From NCBI GenBank assembly GCA_965204085.1, contig CBDBEE010000003.1, forward strand, positions 1,068,173 to 1,132,172: 64,000 nt of DNA, given 5' to 3'. How positions within the stretch are numbered: the stretch's first letter is position 1; every line of letters starts with the position of its first letter. Below are positions 17,170-25,392 of the stretch, piece by piece. Source of the DNA: Candidatus Poribacteria bacterium. GTDB lineage: Bacteria; Poribacteria; WGA-4E; JAJDTR01. The translations under genes were made by a program, and so were the position numbers. The notes beneath the pieces are model-generated. The model was not told where the DNA came from and did no database searches. It worked only from the letters and a program-made list of their open reading frames with translations.

Positions 17170-20109
17170 TCAGTATCCGATTCGATACAGGAACTTGATG
17201 TTGCGCCCCGGTTCCGGCATTACCGCTTTGATTCTTGAAAGGTGTTGTCGATATTCCGTGTCAAGGAGGTTATCGATTGCGAACACCGCTTGATGTTGGA
17301 GTCCCCAAACTGAGAACAGATACTGGCAGCCCATATCATAGGCGACGTATCCGTCGGTGGGCTCCTCAAATTCGCCTAACCGGTTCTGCGAATCCGAGAA
17401 TCGCGCCGTTATGTGAAGGTTCAGCGGCTCTGTCACATACCGGAGTGCTAATTTTCCGTTGAGGGGTGGGATTCGTTCAATGGGCACGTCACTGTCCTTT
17501 AAAGTCCCTCTAACGTAGCTCGTGCGCGCTTGCGCGTACACTCGTGGAACAATCTCGGCGTCAACGCTCAACTCGGCGCCGTCAAGGACGGCATCCAGTC
17601 CCCTGTATTGATAGATCCACAACCACCCCGCGCCGCCGGCGCCCCACTCCTTTTCACCGGTGTTTGCCGGAATCAGATAACCGTAAATCTGGTTGCTAAA
17701 AAGGGCTAGATTCAGTTTTACCCGATTTTGCGAATAGCGCAGAAACACCTCCGTTCCCCAACCGTTCTCGGTGCCGAGATCGGAATTGCCGATTTCGTAG
17801 GAGTGGACCGCCAGGTGAGGGCCATCCGAGAAAAGTTCCTCAATTCCGGGAGCACGGAAGGTTTTCATCATCGTTGCGCCCGCCTTTAAATCGCCTGTCC
17901 AATGGTAGATGCTAGACACGGCGCCTGACACGCCTCCGAAGTTTCGGCGTTGTACCGTTCCCGCCTTGGTCACTCTGCCCGTCTTAAACGGTTCAACTCG
18001 CTTGAAGTCGTAGCGAACTGCACCTTGCAGAGTGAAGTCGCTAACTTTTCTCTGATTAAAGTAGAAGCCCGCGATAGAAATCTCCCGTGTGTGCGGCGTC
18101 CAGAAGAATCCCCCGGTCGAATGATCGCGGTATTCGCTCCATATTCCGGTGATGGCGTCATCAGACAGACGAGCAATCGCGGACACATTGGAGGTCAACG
18201 CAATAAACTCGGTGCCGAGCGTGTTGTTGGATTCAAACTCCCGATGTTGATAGCGCGTGTGAGTTGAGTGAAGTTTCAACTTCTCAAGGAGCGATCCGTT
18301 GATCGAATACTCAAGGTTGCTTTCATACCGCTGGCGTTCGAGCTCAATGTCGACTCCCGAGATGTGTCCTTCCGGTGACCCGGGAATTCCGTAGTCGGAC
18401 GTGTAGCTGCCCCCTGACACACCAACGTGCCCCCAATCCTTGACCATGGAAGCGCCGCTTGAAAAATTGGTAGTTGATAGTGACGTGTTCTCCACGACGC
18501 CAACGGGAGTATGCGTATCATCAGCAGTACGGTGATTCCACGCCAGCCGCCATGCAGTGTCACCGATTGGAACCGTCAATCCTGTTGTCGCGGTAATTCC
18601 CGAATTGACCGACTCACTCTGAAACTTGAGGTCTACGGTAGGGTGATGAGGCAGAGACGGCGCGATGGTTTCGCGTTTGACATCTATGACACCGCCGAGA
18701 GTGTTTGAACCGTAGATAAGCGATGCGGGACCACGGATGACCTTGATGTTTTTGGCTGTGCTGGGATCTATAGTAACCGCATGGTCTGCTGAGGACGCCG
18801 ATTTATCGCCGGTGCGCTCGCCATCCTCAAGAATGAGCAGTCGGTCACCGCCCATACCCCGAATGACTGGACGTGCTACCGCCTGTCCCATCGACCGTTG
18901 CGCAATTCCCACCTCATCGCTGAGTGTATCGGCGATGGTTATTCCCATCTTCTCGTCCACTTGCTCTTCGGAGAGTACGAGGTCGGTTGTTTTCTCAAGC
19001 TGTGCGAGGGCATCATCGTCCGGTGTGACCAAGATCTCTTGAAGTTGCACCACGCCGCCCTCTATCGAAACGGTCAATGCCGGTTCATTCGGCGCAGGTT
19101 TAGCGATAAACCCGTGCCGGCGCCCATCCGCTGAATCATAGTGTCCGACGATAGAGCCGTCCTGATTGATACTCCAGCCCTCGGTGCTAACACTGCCCGG
19201 AATCTTAAATTCCTGTAGCCCGTCCCGGAATGTGCCGACATAGGTGAGCGTGACGCCATCCACCGATTTCGCTCGGGAAACGACATCCATTGACTCGTTG
19301 ATACCGTGCACAAAATAGAATTCCAGTCTCTCGGCACGTGAAAGATCGAGAGATATAAACCTGCCATTCCGGGTACGTATGTATGGATGAAACAAGCCAT
19401 CAGCGTCTACGTAACTGCCCACCATGCCACCGCTTGCATTCACGAATTGGGCGTATGTTTCCGATGCCCCGGGGAACTCAATTATTTCGTCTCCCGAAAA
19501 ACCGCGGCGCACCCCGGAAGCATCTATATAATTTCCCGTCAGTGCCCCGGTCGCATTACTAATACCGTATATCTGCGTTTGGACAGCACCTGGAAAATCG
19601 TATTGCCGCAATTCGCCGTTTTCCAAGATAACACCGTGGTAAAGATCGTCGCTGTCTTGGTAGTAGCCGGCAGCTATCCCTGAATTACCGAGCGCATAGA
19701 AAAAGGTGTTCTGTGAACCGGGGAAATCATACGTCGTAAAAACCCCGTCAATGAGCGTAAATCCGATTGTCTTCTCACCATCGGCGCCCCGAGTGTTGCC
19801 TGCGAAATCCCCAAATTCGTTACTCGCAGTCAACTCTAAAAACGCCACGCCGGGGACATCAATAGTCTCAAAAGTATGGTCGGTAGCACCGGTTTCGGCA
19901 ACGGGTTGATTGGCGACCTGTGCATCAGCGTCCCCCAGGATTAATGTGTTGAGACACACCACTAATATAAACGTGTAAAACGGTGTTAAATTCCGAAGTA
20001 TTGTTTTCGTCATGGGACATTCCCTCTTTTGTTTCATCGTTGTTATTCTCGTATAGTAGCATGGAAAGAGCAAGTACAATACAGGTAGTATGAAAAACTG
20101 CTTAATCAT
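17170..20109 (-). CDS. TonB-dependent outer-membrane receptor with an N-terminal tandem-repeat (propeller-like) domain
   Basis: Plug (VARPVIRGMGGDRLLILEDGERTGD...VIRGPASLIYGSNTLGGVIDV), long beta-barrel, C-terminal aromatic residue (YRIGY). Residues ~60-350 are ~45-aa repeats (G.Y.D..G..HGF ... FPG). ATG 20013 (MTKTILRNL..., with signal peptide) is an alternative start. The first 32 codons derive from a duplicated leader. Confidence 0.85.
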   Translation of the reverse strand: MIKQFFILPVLYLLFPCYYTRITTMKQKRECPMTKTILRNLTPFYTFILVVCLNTLILGDADAQVANQPVAETGATDHTFETIDVPGVAFLELTASNEFGDFAGNTRGADGEKTIGFTLIDGVFTTYDFPGSQNTFFYALGNSGIAAGYYQDSDDLYHGVILENGELRQYDFPGAVQTQIYGISNATGALTGNYIDASGVRRGFSGDEIIEFPGASETYAQFVNASGGMVGSYVDADGLFHPYIRTRNGRFISLDLSRAERLEFYFVHGINESMDVVSRAKSVDGVTLTYVGTFRDGLQEFKIPGSVSTEGWSINQDGSIVGHYDSADGRRHGFIAKPAPNEPALTVSIEGGVVQLQEILVTPDDDALAQLEKTTDLVLSEEQVDEKMGITIADTLSDEVGIAQRSMGQAVARPVIRGMGGDRLLILEDGERTGDKSASSADHAVTIDPSTAKNIKVIRGPASLIYGSNTLGGVIDVKRETIAPSLPHHPTVDLKFQSESVNSGITATTGLTVPIGDTAWRLAWNHRTADDTHTPVGVVENTSLSTTNFSSGASMVKDWGHVGVSGGSYTSDYGIPGSPEGHISGVDIELERQRYESNLEYSINGSLLEKLKLHSTHTRYQHREFESNNTLGTEFIALTSNVSAIARLSDDAITGIWSEYRDHSTGGFFWTPHTREISIAGFYFNQRKVSDFTLQGAVRYDFKRVEPFKTGRVTKAGTVQRRNFGGVSGAVSSIYHWTGDLKAGATMMKTFRAPGIEELFSDGPHLAVHSYEIGNSDLGTENGWGTEVFLRYSQNRVKLNLALFSNQIYGYLIPANTGEKEWGAGGAGWLWIYQYRGLDAVLDGAELSVDAEIVPRVYAQARTSYVRGTLKDSDVPIERIPPLNGKLALRYVTEPLNLHITARFSDSQNRLGEFEEPTDGYVAYDMGCQYLFSVWGLQHQAVFAIDNLLDTEYRQHLSRIKAVMPEPGRNIKFLYRIGY

Positions 20110-20261
20110 ATTGTCCTCCGAATAGAGATAGATTGTACTCCCGGCATAAAGACTAATCGAATAGTAGATACAGTTAGATCGTCATTAAGACGACCTAAAA
20201 TTCACCGGGAAACAGGCAGAAATAACTTGGGGAAAACTAAGGTGCATATAAATCTTGTGGA
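20110..20261 (-). promoter_or_regulatory. Conserved ~150-nt intercistronic leader (copy 1; copy 2 at 26453..26605)
   Basis: About 80% identical to the second copy despite being non-coding. Shared blocks are ccaagttatttct, ccggtgaattttaggt and ctttatgccggga. Outer stem tcccgg/ccggga; an inner hairpin covaries (ctaa..ttag vs ctgac..gtcag). Confidence 0.3.
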
Positions 20262-20570
20262 TTAAGCAGCGTAGGCTGGCGGGGCGCGACTACGGATATT
20301 GTCAAGAGGCGCTGTGAATATGAAAGCTAGGTCGAAAGGGGAATGAACTGAAGTGCAAGAACCAAGATTGGGAAGATTTTCAGCGTGGAGCGCAATACCT
20401 AGGTGGTTCGCAATGAAAAAACAAGTAGAACAATCGTGCGATTCGGAATGGCAGTGTTCGTGCTCGTGTTCGTGTACAATCCCGGCAAGGGCAACCGTTA
20501 TCAGATAATAACAGATACCCATCGCAATCACACAGCCGGTAGATATGGTGCGAATTCGATTGTACCGCAA
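20262..20570 (-). CDS. Cys/His-rich single-pass membrane mini-protein (paralog A), possibly DUF2946-like
   Basis: TM segment GCVIAMGICYYLITVALAGIV, then HEHEHEHCHSESHDCSTCFF. About 70% identical to 26606..26914, with synonymous differences upstream of the internal ATG. TTG start with GGAAGGGG RBS. Confidence 0.65.
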   Translation of the reverse strand: MRYNRIRTISTGCVIAMGICYYLITVALAGIVHEHEHEHCHSESHDCSTCFFIANHLGIALHAENLPNLGSCTSVHSPFDLAFIFTAPLDNIRSRAPPAYAA

Positions 20571-20702
20571 GACCGTCTACCCCTTCCAGATGTGCGATAT
20601 TCAAAGAATAGATTTATATTTGGCTCTGCAGAGTTAAGTGTGGAAAATGAAATTAACTTAGGACTTACGCAGTCGATCACTCAAATCTGCCTAATCCGGC
20701 AG

Positions 20703-20890
20703 TAGGGAATAACGATCAAGCGAGTGGATAGCGATCAACTGAGTGGATAACGAAGGAGCAACTGACCCATATGGAAGGCGGTAGAGATCCCATAGAGATC
20801 TTTCAGTGAGGGATCAAACGAGCGGAAAGCAAGTGCGATAGAGATCCGATAGCAAATCCCGTGCGATAGAGATCCCTCGTTATTCCCTAC
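20703..20890. repeat. Composite family-D element bounded by a perfect 14-bp inverted repeat
   Basis: gtagggaataacga (20703-16) pairs with tcgttattccctac (20877-90). The interior holds several degenerate units (gatcaagcgagtggatagc, gatcaaacgagcggaaagcaagtgcgatagagatcc, gtgcgatagagatccc). Confidence 0.7.
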
Positions 20891-21100
20891 AAAAGCCTTG
20901 TCGCAACATCAAATCATTGCCGAAATCATCAAAAGCGTATAGATTGGGGGGTCTCCCAGAACCATATTGGGAATTATTGCAATCAATTTGAACGCAGAGG
21001 GCAAACGCTCCCTCCTGTGGCAAGTCTGATTCGCACACTTAACTCGGAAGAACCGTTCAGTCGCTCGCTTGATCCTCGCCTCGGAGAAAGTGAACGATAT

Positions 21101-21268
21101 ATACTCTGCGTTGGGCATTATTGCGCTTTCTTTTCCAGTGATAATTGATTCTAATAGGACTTACGTAGCACCAGCAGGTGGGGAATCGGAGTTCCCTCTT
21201 ACAAGGGTCACGACCTGGAGATCGCTCCTACAGAAGACGCAATTTCTGACAACGCGGAGTATAATCAA
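21101..21268. repeat. Family-C long MITE-like element, inverted copy
   Basis: Its reverse complement is ~90% identical to 27253..27452 (attatactccgc..tgtcagaaattgcgtcttctgtaggagcgatctccaggtcg.gacc...ctattagaa.caattatcactggaaaagaaagcgcaataat). Confidence 0.8.
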
Positions 21269-21302
21269 GACATCACAGCACTATTGTTCAATCGAATTAG
21301 TA

Positions 21303-22091
21303 TTAGAATCTACCTAACCTGAATACATCTGCTTCTAAACGGTCGAGATTAAGGTGGTAGATGCCGTTAAGCATGCCGTCCTCAAATTCTGCTCCGACGC
21401 GCAGTGTACCGTAAAGCACTATCGGTTCATCCTGATGACTGCGGATTCTCTTTTTTTTCGGAACCTCGACAAATATCCACTCATTAAGGAGCGGAATGGC
21501 ACCGAAACAGCACGCCAATTGGTTTTCGAGCAATACAAAAGATTGAAGGTTGTCATCCTCACCTTCAAGCGGTAACATGAACCCACCAATTTCAATTTTC
21601 TCCCCGTTCAGCGCTTTGATTTGCGGCGGAATATCCTCGTCAAGATTTAGCGTAGCGATGTATGCCGGGTCCTCCAATTTCTCCCAGTTCGGCTCTCTGA
21701 TAACAAAGCTAGTGAGTGTCTCGAAGGTGAGTGACCGATATTCCCCCGTGTGTTTGCCGCTCTTTTTGCTTCCGACCCTTGGGATAGAGGAGACATATGC
21801 AGGAGGAGACTGCGCATCAGTTTGGTTTTCAATTTTAGGCATCGTCTCGTTTTCTGGGTTGGCATCGCCGGGAATTGCCCCAGCGACCGCTAACGGGGCG
21901 CCCTGCACTTCAACGGGCTTAGAGGCTGAATCTGACCCCCCTCCGAATTTCCTAAGCGCGCGAAGCGGATGTGATTTCGGCAACATTTGAGAAACGCCGA
22001 GCGACAATATGACGAGAACTGCGCCGGAAATTGCAAAGTGCAGCCAAAGACTGCGTCGCTTTTTGGTATTGGGTCGTTTCATCTCAATCAC
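21303..22091 (-). CDS. DUF3299-family periplasmic protein
   Basis: N-terminal TM/signal. The C-terminal domain LNGEKIEIGGFMLPLEGEDDNLQSFVLLENQLACCFGAIPLLNEWIFVEV...IVLYGTLRVG matches the DUF3299 pattern as I recall it. Confidence 0.6.
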   Translation of the reverse strand: MIEMKRPNTKKRRSLWLHFAISGAVLVILSLGVSQMLPKSHPLRALRKFGGGSDSASKPVEVQGAPLAVAGAIPGDANPENETMPKIENQTDAQSPPAYVSSIPRVGSKKSGKHTGEYRSLTFETLTSFVIREPNWEKLEDPAYIATLNLDEDIPPQIKALNGEKIEIGGFMLPLEGEDDNLQSFVLLENQLACCFGAIPLLNEWIFVEVPKKKRIRSHQDEPIVLYGTLRVGAEFEDGMLNGIYHLNLDRLEADVFRLGRF

Positions 22092-22098
22092 CTCCTAA

Positions 22099-22632
22099 CT
22101 AATGTTCGTGATGCTCCTCGTGATGTCCCTCGTTACCTTCGGGAAAATCGAAATCAACGTCGGCGAAGGTCTGACCTTTGACCGCAATCGACACGATTTC
22201 CGCATGAAATTCGGCTGTCCCTATAAGCTCATCCAATTGCCCTGAGAATTGAGACGTGTCGCCTTCGGTTTCTCCTGTCAGGACGTTCGCGACGGCTTTA
22301 AGTTGCAAAGTGAGTGGCTGTTCCGAATTCAACCGATTTATCTTAAGACCGATTGTTTTCTCCGTGAGTCGTATCGGTTTTTCCGCCTCGCCATCAAGGA
22401 TGTAGGCGGTTAGTTTTCCGGTTGTTTCTTCTAGCACGAACTCAGCGTGGGCGAATTCGTCGCCCAACACAACTAGCGTGCCGCCATGCGGCGCCGTGTG
22501 CTCATGATGGACATGCGTTTCGTGTGTCCCTTCCTGTTCGCCGTGATGCGCACCTTTTTTCTCACAACCAAGTTGGGCGAAGACAATTGCCAAGATCGTT
22601 GTCCATATCACAACGGTGTATTGGATTTTCAT
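22099..22632 (-). CDS. His-rich lipoprotein (putative periplasmic metal-binding protein)
   Basis: Lipobox AQLGC. N-terminal HHGEQEGTHETHVHHEHTAPHGG and C-terminal EGNEGHHEEHHEH. 8-nt gap to the DUF3299 gene. Confidence 0.65.
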   Translation of the reverse strand: MKIQYTVVIWTTILAIVFAQLGCEKKGAHHGEQEGTHETHVHHEHTAPHGGTLVVLGDEFAHAEFVLEETTGKLTAYILDGEAEKPIRLTEKTIGLKINRLNSEQPLTLQLKAVANVLTGETEGDTSQFSGQLDELIGTAEFHAEIVSIAVKGQTFADVDFDFPEGNEGHHEEHHEH

Positions 22633-22710
22633 GATGATTCTCCTTGCATCAAATCGAGTTCACGGTAAAAGTCGTACTGTTGGCGATAATTTAGCCATAT
22701 CAACAGGTTT

Positions 22711-23169
22711 GTGCGGTATAATTTGTATATGAAAGTAGAGCAAGTATATACGGTCCCAAAAGTGTACGTTGAATCATCCGTTATTAGTGCTTACTTCGAC
22801 GAAAGGGTTGATGTTGTCTCGGCCTCACAACGCCACTGGTCCCGAGTTTGGTGGGACCAAGTGCGAACAGAATATGATGTAGTGATTGGCGTTGCTGTCA
22901 CAGATGAACTATCCCATCCGAGTTTTCCCCACGCACCTTACACGCTTGCTCTAGTTGCTGACATTCCCCGAGTTAGGTTTGCCAACGAAATCCGTGACAT
23001 CGTGAATGCCTACATCACTAGAAATCTCATGCCACAGAATCCTGTAGGGGATGCTCTTCACTTGACGCTGGCTTCATACCACAAATGTGATTACTTACTG
23101 ACATGGAATTGTAAACACAATCCAATACTTGCTACGCCAAACCAGCTAATAGGTGAATTCAATGATTAA
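22711..23169 (+). CDS. PIN-like (VapC-family) toxin-type protein
   Basis: VYVESSVISAYFDE...DALHLTLASYHKCDYLLTWNCKH matches the vYvDtSV..gyFDeE...DAlHiAiAt...D.lvSWNfKH family. The C-terminus after KH seems ~20 aa shorter than I expect. The likely start is an internal ATG (22729). Confidence 0.6.
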   Translation: MRYNLYMKVEQVYTVPKVYVESSVISAYFDERVDVVSASQRHWSRVWWDQVRTEYDVVIGVAVTDELSHPSFPHAPYTLALVADIPRVRFANEIRDIVNAYITRNLMPQNPVGDALHLTLASYHKCDYLLTWNCKHNPILATPNQLIGEFND

Positions 23170-23356
23170 AGATCCCCCCATAGTCGAAGATATCCGTCGC
23201 ATCAGGTGCGCTCTCTCGGAGCAATTTGGCCATGATGTGGAAAAATATATTGATTATTTGCAGAGAAAATATGAGCCTTCAGGTCAAGTTGATATGGTAG
23301 AACCTCCGCCAGAGTCATCACCCGATACAACGAAGGGTAATCAACGCGAGGATTAG
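23153..23356 (+). CDS. Small partner protein of the PIN-like gene (antitoxin-like)
   Basis: Overlaps the PIN gene by 17 nt. DPPIVEDIRRIRCALSEQFGHDVEKYIDYLQ resembles the small proteins usually encoded next to this PIN subfamily. Confidence 0.5.
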   Translation: MNSMIKDPPIVEDIRRIRCALSEQFGHDVEKYIDYLQRKYEPSGQVDMVEPPPESSPDTTKGNQRED

Positions 23357-24618
23357 CTAATTGGCGCTAAATTCGTCGCAACATCCGTCCGGTACGCTTT
23401 GACGGCAGGGACAATGCCGGCGATTGTTCCCAAGATTATAACACAAACCGGCGCGATTACGAATACGGGATGAAGTTTTAACAGGTCCAGAACGATGCCG
23501 GTTTGCGCACGAACAATCGTGGACGCCCCCGTGAAGATTGCGCCATAAACGATAAATCCTATGATGACGCCCAGCGCGGCGATGGAAACGGCTTCCAGTA
23601 CGATTACAGCAAACACTGTTTTGCGGCGGGCGCCGAGCGCCCGCAAAATGGCGAATTCGCGCCGCCGCTCGTTGATCGAGTTATAGACACTTGCTAGAAT
23701 CGAACCTCCTGCTACGACAATGACAAGATAGGATACCAGCGCCAAAATCTGATTCATCCAACCGATCTTGTCAAACAGTCTCGCCATTACCGCCCCGATG
23801 GGCCATGCCAGTGTCGCCACCTTTCCCTGTTTGTTTATGGTTGCGTCCATAATGAAACCGATCTGCGGATTCCGGAACTTCAGCATAACGGCACTCACCT
23901 CCTTATGCTCGTCGGGTATCTCTTGTCCGGGTTGGGGGACATAGTCCTCTCCGTCTCCGCGCAACACATGCCCCTCCATCCGATAAATCCCCTCTATCGG
24001 AATCCAGATGACGCGGTCGGATGGTGAATTGGTCGGTGCAAGCACCCCGACCACAGTATATTGCTCGTCGTGCCGCATCGACTCGTCAAATACCAATCCG
24101 TGATAGGGGGTGAAGTTGTCGCCTACCCTCAAGCCCAACTTCTGTGCGGCATAGCTTCCTAGGACAGCCTCTTGCCGAGTTGGGTCAAAGAAACGCCCAT
24201 TCTCTTGTGTCTGAAACCGAACACCATCGCGGTACTCAAACTTCGTGAACAACGCTGTCGTTGTGCCAACAATGCGGTAACCGTGATAGTTGTCGCCAAG
24301 CGCGTAAGGAACGGCAAGTTCGACACGGGGATCGTTTTTCATCGTCTGGTACATCGCCCACGGGATATTTCCGGGAGAAGTTTCGAGATGAAAGACCGTG
24401 TTCAGCACCAGTTGTAACTGACTGCCGCGTGCGCCGAGAACTGCATCAAAGCCGATCTGACCGCCGGTGAACGCGGCTACGGACTGGGCTTTGATGCCGA
24501 TAACCGCCATGACAAGCCCGGTGCCGAGCGCTATCGACAGCGTCGTTATGAGTGTCGATAGCGCGTGCTGTCGTAGGCTGCGCCGAACGATGAATAATAG
24601 ACCGATTCGCTTTATCAT
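23353..24618 (-). CDS. MacB/LolCE-type ABC transporter permease (FtsX domain with periplasmic core domain)
   Basis: TM1, a large periplasmic domain, then three C-terminal TMs with the FtsX-like block INERRREFAILRALGARRKTVFAVIVLEA. Confidence 0.85.
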   Translation of the reverse strand: MIKRIGLLFIVRRSLRQHALSTLITTLSIALGTGLVMAVIGIKAQSVAAFTGGQIGFDAVLGARGSQLQLVLNTVFHLETSPGNIPWAMYQTMKNDPRVELAVPYALGDNYHGYRIVGTTTALFTKFEYRDGVRFQTQENGRFFDPTRQEAVLGSYAAQKLGLRVGDNFTPYHGLVFDESMRHDEQYTVVGVLAPTNSPSDRVIWIPIEGIYRMEGHVLRGDGEDYVPQPGQEIPDEHKEVSAVMLKFRNPQIGFIMDATINKQGKVATLAWPIGAVMARLFDKIGWMNQILALVSYLVIVVAGGSILASVYNSINERRREFAILRALGARRKTVFAVIVLEAVSIAALGVIIGFIVYGAIFTGASTIVRAQTGIVLDLLKLHPVFVIAPVCVIILGTIAGIVPAVKAYRTDVATNLAPIS

Positions 24619-24717
24619 TCTTCCGCGTGAATTGGAGATTACGAAATGTACCGTTCCATGTTACATATTCGTACTCAATGCGGGATTCGGTAGAATCTGA
24701 AATCCATGCTCTGCTGC

Positions 24718-25380
24718 TCACGCACGATTCACTTGCGCGAAATCTGTTGCTTCCTCAAACTGCCCCAAGACCTCCGCATCATGGCTAACGGTGAGTAACG
24801 CGGCGTTGTTTTCGTGACAAATCTCGCGGATGAGTGCTATAGCTTCGCTGGCGTGATGATAATCCAGATTGCCCGTTGGTTCATCGGCAAGCACCAGACG
24901 CGGTCGATTGGCGATGGCGCGGGCAACCGCAACACGTTGCTGCTGCCCCACGGATAACTGCGGTGATCGATATCCGAGTCGATCGCCAAGGCCAACCCGC
25001 TCAAGCAGGTGCTGCGCAAACCCCGCATCAATTCCCTTCCCAAACATCATTCCAAGCATGACGTTTTCGAGCGCGGTGTAACCGGGTAGCAGATTGAATG
25101 TTTGGTAAATGTAACCGATATAGCTGGCACGCAACCTGTCGCGCCCGGACTCCGAGAGGGCAACCATCTCCTCGCCGGAAACAACGATGCGTCCGCTATC
25201 GGCCCCCAGAATTCCGGCGATGAGATTGAGAAATGTCGTCTTCCCAACCCCGCTGCCGCCCCTGAGCACAATCTGCGCACCCTCCTCCATCTCGAAATGG
25301 GGAATGTCAATGATGCGGGTTTGTAAACCTTCAGGCGAAACGTATGCCTTTTGGAGGTCAGTGATTGTCAAGAGCGGCAT
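24718..25380 (-). CDS. ABC transporter ATP-binding protein (MacB/LolD-like)
   Basis: Walker A GGSGVGKTT, Q-loop, signature LSVGQQQR, Walker B LVLADEPTGNLD. Confidence 0.9.
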   Translation of the reverse strand: MPLLTITDLQKAYVSPEGLQTRIIDIPHFEMEEGAQIVLRGGSGVGKTTFLNLIAGILGADSGRIVVSGEEMVALSESGRDRLRASYIGYIYQTFNLLPGYTALENVMLGMMFGKGIDAGFAQHLLERVGLGDRLGYRSPQLSVGQQQRVAVARAIANRPRLVLADEPTGNLDYHHASEAIALIREICHENNAALLTVSHDAEVLGQFEEATDFAQVNRA

Positions 25381-25392
25381 AACAACTCGTGG

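Noticed and set aside
20703-20890. Possible CRISPR-like array, because gcgatagagatc recurs with short intervening sequences
   Set aside because: The repeat units are only ~12-35 nt, irregularly spaced and degenerate. The same unit is dispersed singly around the window, the segment is bounded by a 14-bp TIR, and there are no cas genes. This is MITE-like repeat behaviour, not CRISPR.
20909-21118. 69-aa minus-strand ORF between the two metal operons
   Set aside because: Its start lies inside the family-C MITE copy. It has no RBS and no recognisable motif. It is most likely a chance ORF in repeat-rich intergenic DNA.
22099-22632. Calling the His-rich lipoprotein a CusF/CzcB-type efflux component
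   Set aside because: No RND pump, membrane-fusion or outer-membrane-factor gene is adjacent. The neighbourhood (MacB-type ABC, DUF3299, TBDR) points to uptake rather than efflux, so I kept it as a generic metal-binding lipoprotein.
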